DNA of 64,000 bases, taken from Candidatus Peregrinibacteria bacterium. GTDB lineage: Bacteria > Patescibacteriota > Gracilibacteria > UBA1369. Each line of letters begins with the position of its first letter. Position 1 is the stretch's first letter. The notes beneath the pieces were generated by a model. That model was given only the letters and a program-made list of their open reading frames with translations. It was not told the DNA's origin and did no database searches. Below are positions 20,801 through 29,948 of this stretch, in pieces. A program made the translations under genes and the position numbers. Location: the NCBI GenBank assembly GCA_963708185.1, contig OY970195.1, positions 1,312,001 through 1,376,000 on the forward strand, in the 5' to 3' direction.

Positions 20801-21155
20801 CGCTTTTCAACGCCATGGCATGGTCGCCGTTTTCGGTAATCTGAATGACGTTTGTTAAAAATCCAGTCGGGTCTGTTGGTTCCTGGACCTGTATGGGAAT
20901 GTTACTGTCGACGATGCTGTTGTTGCCCAACTGGCCGAAGTCATTGTAGCCCCAGGCCCAGACGGTGCCATCGTTTTTGATGGCAAGTGAGGAGAAATCC
21001 CCGCCCGCGACGATTGAAAAACCACAGAATTGCGGTCCTGGAGCCGCCAGGGCAATATTTGGAAAAGGAAAATTGGAAAGGTTGATGACGATTGCGCTGA
21101 TGAGCATTAAGCTGCTCACCTTCAAAAGACTTTGCAAAGACTTTTTGTTTTTCAT
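17811..21155 (-). CDS. Secreted RCC1-repeat / IPT / TSP3 / TolB(PD40)-repeat protein with WxL-like C-terminus
   Basis: Signal peptide; 7x DGTVWAWGxNxxGxLG; SPNSGSDAGGTTVTISG (IPT); DSDGDGVPDSTDNCP; repeated SPDGTKI; C-terminal LSVSDLR...AGTYTVTFTFTL. Confidence 0.9.
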   Translation of the reverse strand: MKNKKSLQSLLKVSSLMLISAIVINLSNFPFPNIALAAPGPQFCGFSIVAGGDFSSLAIKNDGTVWAWGYNDFGQLGNNSIVDSNIPIQVQEPTDPTGFLTNVIQITENGDHAMALKSDGTVWAWGYNSDGELGIGNNTDSHVAVQVTDPSDGSGFLQNVNSISNGRFHSLAAKNDGTVWAWGLNTDGELGQGTTGGSSNVPIQVTDPSDGSGFLQNVYQVSGGRLQSYALTNSGTVKAWGYNNHKELGDGDTTLQNVPVDVVVGRIPAPLNNIAAISAGRQHVLALDFNGNVWAWGTNLEGELGIGTTSSNEDVSEVTDPSDGSGFLSNVTSISAGRFHSMALKDDNTVWTWGSNTNGQLGSDTPVGTTSLVPAEVTESSNFFSGAVAIAAGNTHSMAVKTDGTVWTWGANSNGQLGNATNGTGGGTDADQPNPVQISFTLNCVSPNSGSDAGGTTVTISGAYFTLVGMTVTFDGLSATNVTFIDSNTITADTPAHAAGAVDVVISDGRSSSTLTNGFTYTSGSDSDGDGVPDSTDNCPTVPNPGQENTDGPGSSTNLTNMSNSDESEPKYSPDGTKIAYSSYSYTDSTSDIYIMDSDGRNQLDLTNTPTTSEDAPFFSPDGTKIYFESQPSGSRFDVYSINSDGSGVTNLTNDPGFNDGIVGISPDGTKIYFFSDRDGNDEIYSMDSNGTNQTNLTNTALGSEFRAVVSADGTKIAYASDSGSGNKIFIMDADGTNQTQLTTGTYNDYPQAFSPDGTKILFISDRNGPDEIFTMDVNGSNQTSLTPAAVADAPTYSPDGTKIAFYTNPGGNDEIYIMDSDGGNQTNLSVAPASNEDNPIFNPDGTKVAFISYRDGNGEIYSTATNPDTLGDACDCQTDGLCTAETYCANNSTPDTDCYGACGPIASNESCASTTIQAGTLSFTDIPDNTAFTNAQNNTNLPSFNNAGGADAMDTLSVSDLRDDAGAGFEVQLSASPFATADNANTIPLDYLYVVSTLPRNSGTIDDTTNGIEYAADCSGPTNDITGSVNADSAGGPPDLGALSTFSVLGSTLGTGDTTTPVVLMSAPAAARRCTASQNISYAVDLPSYISAYGSNIPAGTYTVTFTFTLIPT

Positions 21156-21281
21156 CGGGGTAATTTATTTTTATCTGTCTATTATACGGTATTTTGGTGA
21201 TTTTGTAAATTCATTGCACTCTTTTTTATTTTCAGGCACATTAGGTGCAGTGACATCACGTTATTCTCTATTTTGTTTCCG

Positions 21282-21956
21282 ATGAAAAATTTTTTGCCGT
21301 TGAGTTTGTTGTTGTTATTTTTTACGCAAACCGCGCTCGCCGCTCCTTCCCAGGTTTCAGCCTGTCTCAACATCAATGTTGATCCTCCTCGGAACGTTGA
21401 TATGGCCAAAGTCCGTGATACCTGGTTGAGTTGGTATAACGATGCCCGGGCGAAAAACGGATTGGCTCCGTATGTGTATAACGAAGCGTTGAACGAAACT
21501 GCTGCCAATTGGTCTTTTTATGCAGTAAAAAGAGGTTTTATCAGTCACCAGCGAGCGGGGCAGGCAAGTTATTACGATTATAGAAAAGTCGGATCATGGT
21601 TCGCATCCAAAGGCGTGAGGTTCGCAGACGGCGGAGGAAGGAGTGATTATGTTGAAAATATCGGTTGGGATTACTACAGCTGTTCAAAAGCAGACTGTAC
21701 CGACGATCTGATCACTGCCATTAAACATACCTACAACTTTTTCATGAGCGAAAAAAACAAGAAATATCGCGCTCACTACGAAAGCATCATGAACAGCGAT
21801 TATCATGAAATCGGGCTCGGCATTGCCGTCGACCCGGTGAAAAAACGTTATTATCTGACGGTTCATTACGGGACGGACGTCATTGAAAAAGATGTGCAAA
21901 CGCAACGCGCATGTACGGCCGTGACCGCGCTTCAACTGGGCGATCACAAGTTTTAA
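21282..21956 (+). CDS. Secreted CAP (SCP-like) domain protein
   Basis: Signal peptide; YNDARAKNGLAP, ENIG, HYESIMN..EIGLGI motifs. Confidence 0.85.
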   Translation: MKNFLPLSLLLLFFTQTALAAPSQVSACLNINVDPPRNVDMAKVRDTWLSWYNDARAKNGLAPYVYNEALNETAANWSFYAVKRGFISHQRAGQASYYDYRKVGSWFASKGVRFADGGGRSDYVENIGWDYYSCSKADCTDDLITAIKHTYNFFMSEKNKKYRAHYESIMNSDYHEIGLGIAVDPVKKRYYLTVHYGTDVIEKDVQTQRACTAVTALQLGDHKF

Positions 21957-21967
21957 TGTTGAGCGTT

Positions 21968-23176
21968 TTAGAGCAGTGAAGGGTCGATTTCCGCCTGGCT
22001 TCGAGCCATATCTTCCGCTGCCTGGTCGGCTTGGATCTGTGGAGGGGCAACTTCAGGGATGTTCATCGAATCCTCGGCCAATTGGCAATCGTTTCCGAAG
22101 TTGAGATAAACGTCGGCGTCGTAGATGTCGAAGGAATATCCATCTTTATCGTACGTTACACTGGCAACCGCGTCTGAAGGTGCTCCATGTTTGATGGCCG
22201 TTTTCCAGAGATCGGCGAGCGGGCATTGGGGATCGTCAACGAATTCGTCGTGGTATGTGGTCGGGTCGCTGACGTCAAGATCGATACCTTTGTTGGTATA
22301 GGTGTATTCCGTATCGACACCGCCGCCAATTTTTGTGACGGAACGCCACTCTCCGGGGCGATAGACATCGGCTTCGACCGGTTCATACCATTTCCCGGTT
22401 GCGGTTCCGCCGGCTCCGACCGGAGGAGCGTCTTTAGGTGGTTCGGCGAGTTCGCGATAGAAGTGATATGTCGTCTGGGGTCTGTAGTTTGAGACAGTTA
22501 AATCCATTGTTCCGTCGGAACGGACATAGCTCATGTCTATAGCGCTCAGTTTGGCGTTGGGGTCGACATGTGAACGAATTTCGTTCACGGAAGCGATGGG
22601 GTCAAAATGCGTTGGATCTCCTTCAAGTGCAAAAGTTTGAGAATATGAACCAAGAAAATTCATGCCTACAATCAATACTCCGACGAAAATTCCGATGGTG
22701 ATGATGATCATAACGAGCGTGAAGATGCCGGTGTTTTTTCTTTTCGGCGAGTTGCCGGTGGAGTTCATCATGGGGTTGCCGGTGGAGCCCATCATCGGGT
22801 TGGACGATGAGGTGTTAAAGCTGGATCCTCCCGACTGATTGAACGAAGAGTCGTTGAATGAGCCGTCCGAAAGTTTTTTGGTGAACGAATTGTTCATAAG
22901 GGTGTCGGGGTTATTAGGATCAATGCCGTATTTTTTGAGTATGTTTGCGACGAGCGGGTTTTTTAGCTTCTCGAGGTTTTGTTTCACTTTTTCCTGGAGT
23001 TCCGGAGGAAGATCGTTGAAGTTGTGGAAGGTTTGTCCATTGTGAATGAACGTGGGGCGGGTGATGTTGACACTCGAAGAGTTCCCGAACTCTCCCGAAT
23101 GTTCCTGAATCAACTTCTTGAAGTCGTCGGAATTGTCGAAATCGTATTCCTTGCCGTTGATATTGATCTTGGGCAT
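21968..23176 (-). CDS. Hypothetical bitopic membrane protein
   Basis: 402-aa ORF with a single central TM and low-complexity SSNPMMGSTGNPMMNSTG linker. Confidence 0.75.
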   Translation of the reverse strand: MPKININGKEYDFDNSDDFKKLIQEHSGEFGNSSSVNITRPTFIHNGQTFHNFNDLPPELQEKVKQNLEKLKNPLVANILKKYGIDPNNPDTLMNNSFTKKLSDGSFNDSSFNQSGGSSFNTSSSNPMMGSTGNPMMNSTGNSPKRKNTGIFTLVMIIITIGIFVGVLIVGMNFLGSYSQTFALEGDPTHFDPIASVNEIRSHVDPNAKLSAIDMSYVRSDGTMDLTVSNYRPQTTYHFYRELAEPPKDAPPVGAGGTATGKWYEPVEADVYRPGEWRSVTKIGGGVDTEYTYTNKGIDLDVSDPTTYHDEFVDDPQCPLADLWKTAIKHGAPSDAVASVTYDKDGYSFDIYDADVYLNFGNDCQLAEDSMNIPEVAPPQIQADQAAEDMARSQAEIDPSLL

Positions 23177-23189
23177 GCTGGATTGAAAA

Positions 23190-23265
23190 TGGAGCCACAG
23201 TCGGGAATCGAACCCGAGACCTCATCCTTACCATGGATGCGCTCTACCGTCTGAGCTACTGCGGC
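23190..23265 (-). tRNA. tRNA-Thr(GGT)
   Basis: GCCGCAGTAGCTCAGACGGTAGAGCGCATCCATGGTAAGGATGAGGTCTCGGGTTCGATTCCCGACTGTGGCTCCA. Confidence 0.97.
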
Positions 23266-23412
23266 TTGGGGGAAGGTTTTTTTTGCCCCGCAATTTTAGC
23301 ATGAGAATCCCAAATTGCAACTTTTAACAATAATTTTAAAAGTTTTTCATGTCGGGAGCGTAATGTTGGTGACGCTTTCGGCCGAAAGTGCCTAATTCTT
23401 CATCACACCAAC

Positions 23413-24918
23413 ATGAAACAAAACAAACACATCAGCCTGGTTACGGCATGCCTGATGTTTTTCAGCATCACGGCGCCACTCCTCCAGGTTGCCAAAGCGG
23501 CAAGTCCCGGCGACGTTGTCATTAACGAAGTTGCCTGGGCAGGTTCCGCGGATTCGTCTACTGACGAATGGATTGAACTTTACAATAATTCAGGTCAGTC
23601 CGTGGATCTCACGAACTGGCATATTGACGATGACCATGGGGCTTCAGATTACGTGATTGTGTCAGGAACGATCGCTTCCCACGGGTATTTCCTCATCGAA
23701 GATCATGAGTCGACGGTGTCCAATATTTCAGCGGATGTCATCATCGATCTTTCGCTTGCGAATACCGGTGACTCGCTTGATCTTTACGACTCGGCTGGAC
23801 AGCTGATCGATACGGTCAACGGGTCCGGCGGCGCCTGGTATGCCGGCGACGCGACGAGTCACGCTTCGATGGAAAGAGTCGATGTTTCATCTCTTGCGGA
23901 TGACGCATCGAACTGGGCGACCTCAACGGGGAGCGGTTCCGTTTCTTCCGGCGGCAGTGCAATCATAGGAACTCCCTCTGCCGTGAACAGTCAGTCCGTG
24001 ATCGCTCCGGGAACGGCTTCGGTGGATTTGGCTTCAGGCGTTTCGGCCATCCAGAGCGGTGATGTTCTTACGGTAACGGCACAGGTCAATGATGTTACGG
24101 ATCTTTTTGCCTATGGATTTGAACTTGATTATGATCCGGCGGTTTTGCATTTGAAGAGTTCAAGCGAAAAGGGATTCCTGAGTGAAAACGGTGCGGTAGC
24201 GACCTCTTTCCAGTCCGGACTCCAGGATGGAACGGAAGGAAAACTGCTCATTGCGGGTGCCCGAACCGTCAGTCCGAAAACGGCGGTTTCCGGGAATGGT
24301 GATCTGTTTGAAGTACAGTTCGACGTTCTTTCGACCGCCGATACGTCCATCCAGGAGGGAAACGGGAGCTTTCTTGCTTCTACCTCAGGGGATATTCCGG
24401 CGAGTTTCAATGCCGCGGATTTTACCGGTCAGATCAGTCAAATTCCCGCGGTGACGAATCTGGTTTCTGCACCCGGACAGCAGCGTTACAGCATCGTCCT
24501 GAACTGGGATGCTGTTTCGGGAGCCGACGGGTACCGGGTCTACCGCAAGGATGCCCATGGCCAGATGCAGCAGATCGCGGAAATCACCCAGACGACTTTC
24601 GTTGACGGCGACGGTGTCCAGAACGGAGGGCACATCATCCCTTTAACCAATTACGTCTATGACGTTACGGCGATAGCCGCTTCCACGGAGAGTGTTGCCA
24701 CGGAAGTCGTCGGCCAGGATGTCCGCGGACTGAAAGGTGATAACACCCGCAACGATCTTGTCGACGGTAGAGATTTGCAGGGTTTGGCCGACCATTTCGC
24801 CGAAAGCGATGCGGATCAGGGTTTTGATCCGCTGGTCGACACCACCTACGACGGCCGCATCGACGGCAGTGACCTTATAGATCTTGGTGCAAATTTTGCT
24901 CTTACCTATCAGCCTTAA
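23413..24918 (+). CDS. Secreted lamin-tail-domain + cohesin + FN3 + dockerin-like protein
   Basis: VVINEVAWAG..DEWIELYN (LTD); DLFAYGFELDYDPAVL...GDLFEVQF (cohesin); LNWDAVSGADGYRVYR (FN3); GDNTRNDLVDGRDL / DTTYDGRIDGSDL duplicated EF-hand-like motif (dockerin). Confidence 0.85.
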   Translation: MKQNKHISLVTACLMFFSITAPLLQVAKAASPGDVVINEVAWAGSADSSTDEWIELYNNSGQSVDLTNWHIDDDHGASDYVIVSGTIASHGYFLIEDHESTVSNISADVIIDLSLANTGDSLDLYDSAGQLIDTVNGSGGAWYAGDATSHASMERVDVSSLADDASNWATSTGSGSVSSGGSAIIGTPSAVNSQSVIAPGTASVDLASGVSAIQSGDVLTVTAQVNDVTDLFAYGFELDYDPAVLHLKSSSEKGFLSENGAVATSFQSGLQDGTEGKLLIAGARTVSPKTAVSGNGDLFEVQFDVLSTADTSIQEGNGSFLASTSGDIPASFNAADFTGQISQIPAVTNLVSAPGQQRYSIVLNWDAVSGADGYRVYRKDAHGQMQQIAEITQTTFVDGDGVQNGGHIIPLTNYVYDVTAIAASTESVATEVVGQDVRGLKGDNTRNDLVDGRDLQGLADHFAESDADQGFDPLVDTTYDGRIDGSDLIDLGANFALTYQP

Positions 24919-25607
24919 TGATTGAACAGCCCGAATCTTTGGAGATTCGGGCTGTTCTTTTTCTTCTTTCCACTTCTATGAATCCTCAAATTTTTCTCAG
25001 CACTGCGTTTCCACAGCAAAATATGCTGCGCCTCGACGTTCTTGCGAAAGATCTCCCCAATGTTTTTCTGGGAACCGCTTTCGATCTCGTGGTTCCGGAA
25101 CAGTGGACGTTCGATCACGAAGAGCTCTGCGGCGTCTTTGATCCCGCGGACCGGCACGTGCTTCATCTGGTTTCCTCAAAACCAGGAAGGGTCGTTTTCG
25201 GACTCGCGATTACCGGTGGAGGATATGATGATCCTCGTGACGGTTGTCTGGTCAGTTTTTATTTTCATGTTCCGAACCACGACTCCGGCTCGATTTCTTT
25301 CGAACATCACACGATGAGCGTGTATCAGAACGGACGGAGGGATGTCGCGTCGGTTTCATGGAAAGGCATTGATGCCAGCGTTTCAAAAGTTCCTTCAGAA
25401 AGTCCAACTGATGCGAAAACAATGGAAACGTTTTCTCAACAGGTCGCCGTAACCCAGCAGGCGGGTTTCCTCGGTGAAGACGATCTTTTGCGTTCGATCG
25501 ACCCTCAGGTTGCGGATGTGTATATAGTGGTGTTGTCTTTTTTGCTCCTTGGTTTGATTGTTTTTGGCTTGAGTCTGGCCTATTTCCGTTTGAAGGACAA
25601 AAAATAA
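24918..25607 (+). CDS. Cohesin-like domain protein with C-terminal TM anchor
   Basis: Overlaps upstream stop; FLGTAFDL...GRVVFGL...DGCLVSFYF pattern; C-terminal hydrophobic helix followed by basic tail. Confidence 0.6.
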   Translation: MIEQPESLEIRAVLFLLSTSMNPQIFLSTAFPQQNMLRLDVLAKDLPNVFLGTAFDLVVPEQWTFDHEELCGVFDPADRHVLHLVSSKPGRVVFGLAITGGGYDDPRDGCLVSFYFHVPNHDSGSISFEHHTMSVYQNGRRDVASVSWKGIDASVSKVPSESPTDAKTMETFSQQVAVTQQAGFLGEDDLLRSIDPQVADVYIVVLSFLLLGLIVFGLSLAYFRLKDKK

Positions 25608-25699
25608 CCTGTTTTGCCCATTTTTCGTAAAAACAGGTTGACTTCAAGCCGATTTTGGCTATCATTGCATAGCTTCTTTATTTTGATTTTGTTTTATTT

Positions 25700-25882
25700 A
25701 TGGCAAAAGGTAAAAGTCAGTTCGCCACTTGGTATTGCTCTGAATGCAACCGAGGCAACTACATCACGGCCTACAATAAAAAGAACAATGAGAATATTGT
25801 GAAAGTTTTGCGAAAACATTGTGGGCAGTGTCACAAAACACTTGAACACAAGCGAAAAGACACCAAAAAAGCTGCGAAATAG
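25700..25882 (+). CDS. rpmG: 50S ribosomal protein L33 (Zn-ribbon form)
   Basis: CSEC..NYIT..NKKN..LRKHCGQC..H. Confidence 0.93.
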   Translation: MAKGKSQFATWYCSECNRGNYITAYNKKNNENIVKVLRKHCGQCHKTLEHKRKDTKKAAK

Positions 25883-25918
25883 ACGACGCTCCAGCGTTCC
25901 AGCATTTAATATCTCGTT

Positions 25919-27700
25919 ATGTCACTTGTTCGACATTTCTTCCGGAAACTTTTTGTTTTTGCCGGGATTTTTTTGTTTGCCATTCTTGCAGGTGGATGCC
26001 AGCAGACTGACGCCGGTTTGACGTCGGCTCTCATGACTCCGGGCGGAGTTCGTGCCGAGGCTTTTCTTCCGCAGGACAGTTTCATGATTTTTGAACTCGG
26101 TCCGGCTGATCAGGTCCAGCAGACGGCATTTTCAAGTTTGCTTCAGCATTTTCCAACGGACGACCAGCAGAATTTTCAGAAAAATGTCATTGGGGGTTTT
26201 GACAAGGATCTGACGACCTACGGTTTGAGTTACGAGCAGGACATTTTGCCGGCCGTCGGCAACAATCTCCGTATGATGGCGGCATTTGAAGGTTCTCCTT
26301 CAAGCCAGGACAAGCCCAACGTTTACGCTTTCGTTCCGCTCGAAGATCCTTCAAAGGCTGACTTGATTTTTCAGAAACTCGTGCAGGGAAAATTTTTCAC
26401 TCAGGAAAATTCCGGGGGCGGGACGATCTACTCAAAAGTGTTGAAGGATCCGAACGATGCGTCTGAGGAGTATATGTCACGGGTCAACGACCTTCTTGTG
26501 GTGACGAACGATCTTGAAAGTTTGAAAAGCGCTTTGGACCGCCAGAAGGGTTCGCAGGCTTCGTTACTGCAGGATTCCGTGTACCAGAAGGCACTTCGGC
26601 AGTTGAAGCCTTCCGTGGCGTTCGCTTATATCAATCTGCAGGGTATTTTCAACGTCATCCGACAAGATCCGACGGCGAGAAAACAGTACGAAGAGATTTT
26701 TACGCAGATGCCGCAGCAGAATTCACTCGATGCCCTGCAGGGGGAGATGTTTTCGGCGCAAGCCGAAGCGAAGGGCCTGCGTCTTTACGGCGCAGTCTAC
26801 GGCGATGATGAAAAGATGAAGAATCTTGATCAGAATTTTTTGAATCTCCCGAACCATGAGCCGTATCTTTACCAGAAAATCCCCGGCGATTCCGTGGATG
26901 TCTACGTTGAGGGCTATAACCTCGAGAAGGTTTTGCAGTACGATCTTTCGCTTTGGAGCGGACTCGGCGGTTTTGCCGAAGGCTTTTCCGCAGTGAAGAA
27001 CGCATTTCTGCAAATCGGTCTCGATTTTGACAAAGATTTTATGCCGATGTTCGAACAAGGAGTGGCGTTCGATATCCGCAATAACGGTTCGGTCCTGCCG
27101 TCGGTCGGTTTGTTTGCCGACGTTTCACAGCACACGACCGAAGCCGGGAAGGTCATGGGGAAACTTCAAATGATTGTCGACGTTATCTTGAAAGACATCG
27201 AACCGAATTTTGCCGATTCGCCCGGGCTTTTCACCAACGAGGAGTCCGACGTGAATGGTGGAAAAGCCTATGTCGTGCGTCTCCATCTGGATAAGCTGAA
27301 TCCGCAGAATTCAAACTATGCCGCAATGCAGCTTTTTTTGAACAAACCGATCGAACTCTGGTACGGAGTCAGCGGAGACCATATCGCTTTCATCACTTTC
27401 GATCCTTATTTCGGTCAGAATTACGGGAGTTCCAACAGGATCAGCCAGGATCAGAATTTTCAGCATGTTCTCGAACAGATAAAAGTGGGCAGCGGGATCG
27501 GGTATCTTTCTCCGTCCACGTTGGTGGATTATCTCAACAAGGTTTTTGATGCCGCGCAATTGGCTTCCGGAGGCAAACAGGATTCTGCGGATTTTGCCAA
27601 GATCAAGTCGTATCTTCTTCCTTTCGCGGGAATGGCGTTCACAACCAAGCCCGTTTCAGCCGGAGAATCCCATTTTGAAGGATTCGTGCTGATTCAATAA
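25919..27700 (+). CDS. Lipoprotein, DUF3352-like
   Basis: Lipobox LAGGC; LSYEQDILPAVG and LDFDKDFMP duplicated halves. Confidence 0.7.
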   Translation: MSLVRHFFRKLFVFAGIFLFAILAGGCQQTDAGLTSALMTPGGVRAEAFLPQDSFMIFELGPADQVQQTAFSSLLQHFPTDDQQNFQKNVIGGFDKDLTTYGLSYEQDILPAVGNNLRMMAAFEGSPSSQDKPNVYAFVPLEDPSKADLIFQKLVQGKFFTQENSGGGTIYSKVLKDPNDASEEYMSRVNDLLVVTNDLESLKSALDRQKGSQASLLQDSVYQKALRQLKPSVAFAYINLQGIFNVIRQDPTARKQYEEIFTQMPQQNSLDALQGEMFSAQAEAKGLRLYGAVYGDDEKMKNLDQNFLNLPNHEPYLYQKIPGDSVDVYVEGYNLEKVLQYDLSLWSGLGGFAEGFSAVKNAFLQIGLDFDKDFMPMFEQGVAFDIRNNGSVLPSVGLFADVSQHTTEAGKVMGKLQMIVDVILKDIEPNFADSPGLFTNEESDVNGGKAYVVRLHLDKLNPQNSNYAAMQLFLNKPIELWYGVSGDHIAFITFDPYFGQNYGSSNRISQDQNFQHVLEQIKVGSGIGYLSPSTLVDYLNKVFDAAQLASGGKQDSADFAKIKSYLLPFAGMAFTTKPVSAGESHFEGFVLIQ

Positions 27701-27770
27701 TTCGTCTAAAGTTGAAAAAACGTGGACAATTCATTACAATGTTACTAATTTTACTTGTAATTTTTCGTTT

Positions 27771-28637
27771 ATGAAGAAATTTTTTGCTGCCGTAACGATG
27801 TCGGTTCTTTTACCGGTGACCGTTTTCGCCGCTTACACTCCGGGGAGTTATACCGCCACGGTGAATTCCAACATCCGTTCGATGCCTTCAATGAGCGGAT
27901 TGAGGATAGGCCACTATAACCAGGGGGATTCAGTTACGGTATTGGGAACCGTCGGTTCCTGGTGCCGCGTCGCGTACAAATATTACAACTCTTACGTTTA
28001 TTGCAGTTTGCTCGCTCCGGCGGTCGCTTCGTCCTCGTCTGTTTCAACGGCTTCGGTTTCGACGACGCCTGCGGCTCCAGTCGTCACCAACGGGCTCGTC
28101 ACAAAAAATCTGCAGGCTACCAAGGATTGGCTCCTGACGAATAATGAGGGCGTCAATTACATCAATAATTCATACTTCCAGTCGCGTGATGCTTCCCTCC
28201 AATGGGACGGCGAAGCCAAGATTTCCGATTTTTATTTCCAATGGCCATTGCTTGCCGATTCGAAATGTTCGATCGTCTTCAGCGGGCCTTATCATGCCAA
28301 TGAGGTTTTCAAGGCCCAATGTTTCGACAGCAACGGGAATTTGATCACATCGAAAGACAGCGTTGACAGTCCTTTGTCAGGATACGATTTGCCGCTTCTT
28401 CCGTTCAAACAGTTTGTTTCCAATCTGCTTGCCGATAAATCGCTTATGGCCGATTTCGACACTTACTTCGCCAAGTCGGACAAGATTCTCGCGCTGTTCC
28501 GTCTTTATAAAAACGTCAAAGGGACCCAGGTGTGGGAAGGGAAGTTCATTGATGAGAAAAGCGGTTATTTCATGATCGTGAATACCGACGCTTCCAAGAC
28601 GAACGGTTCGTTCAACGTGACGAAGGGCGTGTTCTAA
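27771..28637 (+). CDS. Secreted SH3-domain protein
   Basis: Signal peptide; NIRSMPS..IG....GDSVTVL...WCRV...SYVY. Confidence 0.8.
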   Translation: MKKFFAAVTMSVLLPVTVFAAYTPGSYTATVNSNIRSMPSMSGLRIGHYNQGDSVTVLGTVGSWCRVAYKYYNSYVYCSLLAPAVASSSSVSTASVSTTPAAPVVTNGLVTKNLQATKDWLLTNNEGVNYINNSYFQSRDASLQWDGEAKISDFYFQWPLLADSKCSIVFSGPYHANEVFKAQCFDSNGNLITSKDSVDSPLSGYDLPLLPFKQFVSNLLADKSLMADFDTYFAKSDKILALFRLYKNVKGTQVWEGKFIDEKSGYFMIVNTDASKTNGSFNVTKGVF

Positions 28638-28654
28638 TTCACTATGGAGTCATC

Positions 28655-28682
28655 AAAAGGAGCACCTGCCGGTGCTCCTTTT
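28655..28682. terminator. Bidirectional intrinsic terminator
   Basis: AAAAGGAGCACC-tgcc-GGTGCTCCTTTT between convergent genes. Confidence 0.88.
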
Positions 28683-28711
28683 TTGGTTGTCTTCGGATTG
28701 TCTCTGAACGA

Positions 28712-29425
28712 TCAGTTTGGGACCTGCTGCGTCATTTCGTTTTGCTGGGTGGCGGTTATTTCCTGACCGCTGCTTCCTTTCTGGGCTTCCTGGATGGCCA
28801 GTTGCATCACGTTGTAATCAAGTCCTCCGAGGTATTTCTGGCCATTGATGTAGAACGTCGGCGTGGCATTGACGCCGAGGGTCTCTCCGTCCTGACGGTC
28901 TTTATTGATGACGTCGGCGTATTTGTTGTTCTGGATGTCAGCCGTAAACTTGGCGACGTCGAGATTGAGTTTTTTCGCGAGTTCAACGAAGGCGTCCGTT
29001 GGAGTCTGCATCTGGACCCAGATGTCCTGGTTCGCGTAAATGGCATTGTGCATTTCCCAGAATTTTCCCTGGGCGCCGGCGGCTTCGGCTGCCTCTGCCG
29101 CAAGCATCGCATACGGATGCTGTGCCAGCGGGAAGTTGCGGAAAATAAGTCTGACTTGCGGGTCGTCAGCGAGGATCTTTTCGACAATGGGTTCGGCATA
29201 ACCGCATGCCGGGCATTCGTAGTCCCCGAACTCGACGATCGTTACCGGATAGGTGCGGGTTCCGACTTCGGTGCTGTGGCTGTCGGCGTTCATGAGAAGG
29301 TTCTTGTCCACGGCCGGTCCGTTGCTTGTGGGAGCCTGGGTGGCGTTATATGCGACGATACCGCCTCCGATGACGATAATAACGGCGAGGACGATCCAGA
29401 GAAGTTTTTTCGTTTCTTTATTCAT
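28712..29425 (-). CDS. dsbA: DsbA/BdbD-family thiol-disulfide oxidoreductase
   Basis: EFGDYECPAC, FRNFPL, GVNATPTFYING; N-terminal TM. Confidence 0.92.
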   Translation of the reverse strand: MNKETKKLLWIVLAVIIVIGGGIVAYNATQAPTSNGPAVDKNLLMNADSHSTEVGTRTYPVTIVEFGDYECPACGYAEPIVEKILADDPQVRLIFRNFPLAQHPYAMLAAEAAEAAGAQGKFWEMHNAIYANQDIWVQMQTPTDAFVELAKKLNLDVAKFTADIQNNKYADVINKDRQDGETLGVNATPTFYINGQKYLGGLDYNVMQLAIQEAQKGSSGQEITATQQNEMTQQVPN

Positions 29426-29861
29426 GGGAAGTGTTTTTATGAGTTACGTGATAATAGAAGAGCGAAGCAATGACCACGATAAATGCGACCATGGAAAGGA
29501 AGGGGATCGTGACGAATCCGAAATATTCGATGAATTTGGTCGTGCAGGAAACGCCCTGGGTGCAAGGCGCCGCCGCTTCGGGAATGATGTTGTAGTACAA
29601 GAGATTATGGAAAATGGAGATCGCAAGCCCCACGATGGCGAGAGGCAGGCCATAGAGGGCCACGTTCTTGTCTTTCTTGACGATTCCCACGAGCAGAATC
29701 GCGACGAGGGGATACATGCTGATGCGTTGGTACCAGCACAGGACGCATGGTGGATATTTGAGTATTTCGCTGAAGAAGAGGCTTCCGGCCATTGCTATGA
29801 TTGCCTGAACCCAGGCGATGTACAGCACGTTTTCTTTCAACCAGTGTTTAAGTTTACTCAT
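29418..29861 (-). CDS. dsbB: Disulfide bond formation protein B (DsbB/BdbC)
   Basis: GSLFFSE..PCVLCWYQR..MYPL; second Cys pair PCTQGVSC. Confidence 0.93.
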   Translation of the reverse strand: MSKLKHWLKENVLYIAWVQAIIAMAGSLFFSEILKYPPCVLCWYQRISMYPLVAILLVGIVKKDKNVALYGLPLAIVGLAISIFHNLLYYNIIPEAAAPCTQGVSCTTKFIEYFGFVTIPFLSMVAFIVVIASLFYYHVTHKNTSHE

Positions 29862-29948
29862 ACATGAAGATTAAAACGCTCACAGTATACTGTTGAGCCT
29901 TGCAATTGCCAATAATTTCTGTGTAAATAAGGTTACTTACGTAATTTT

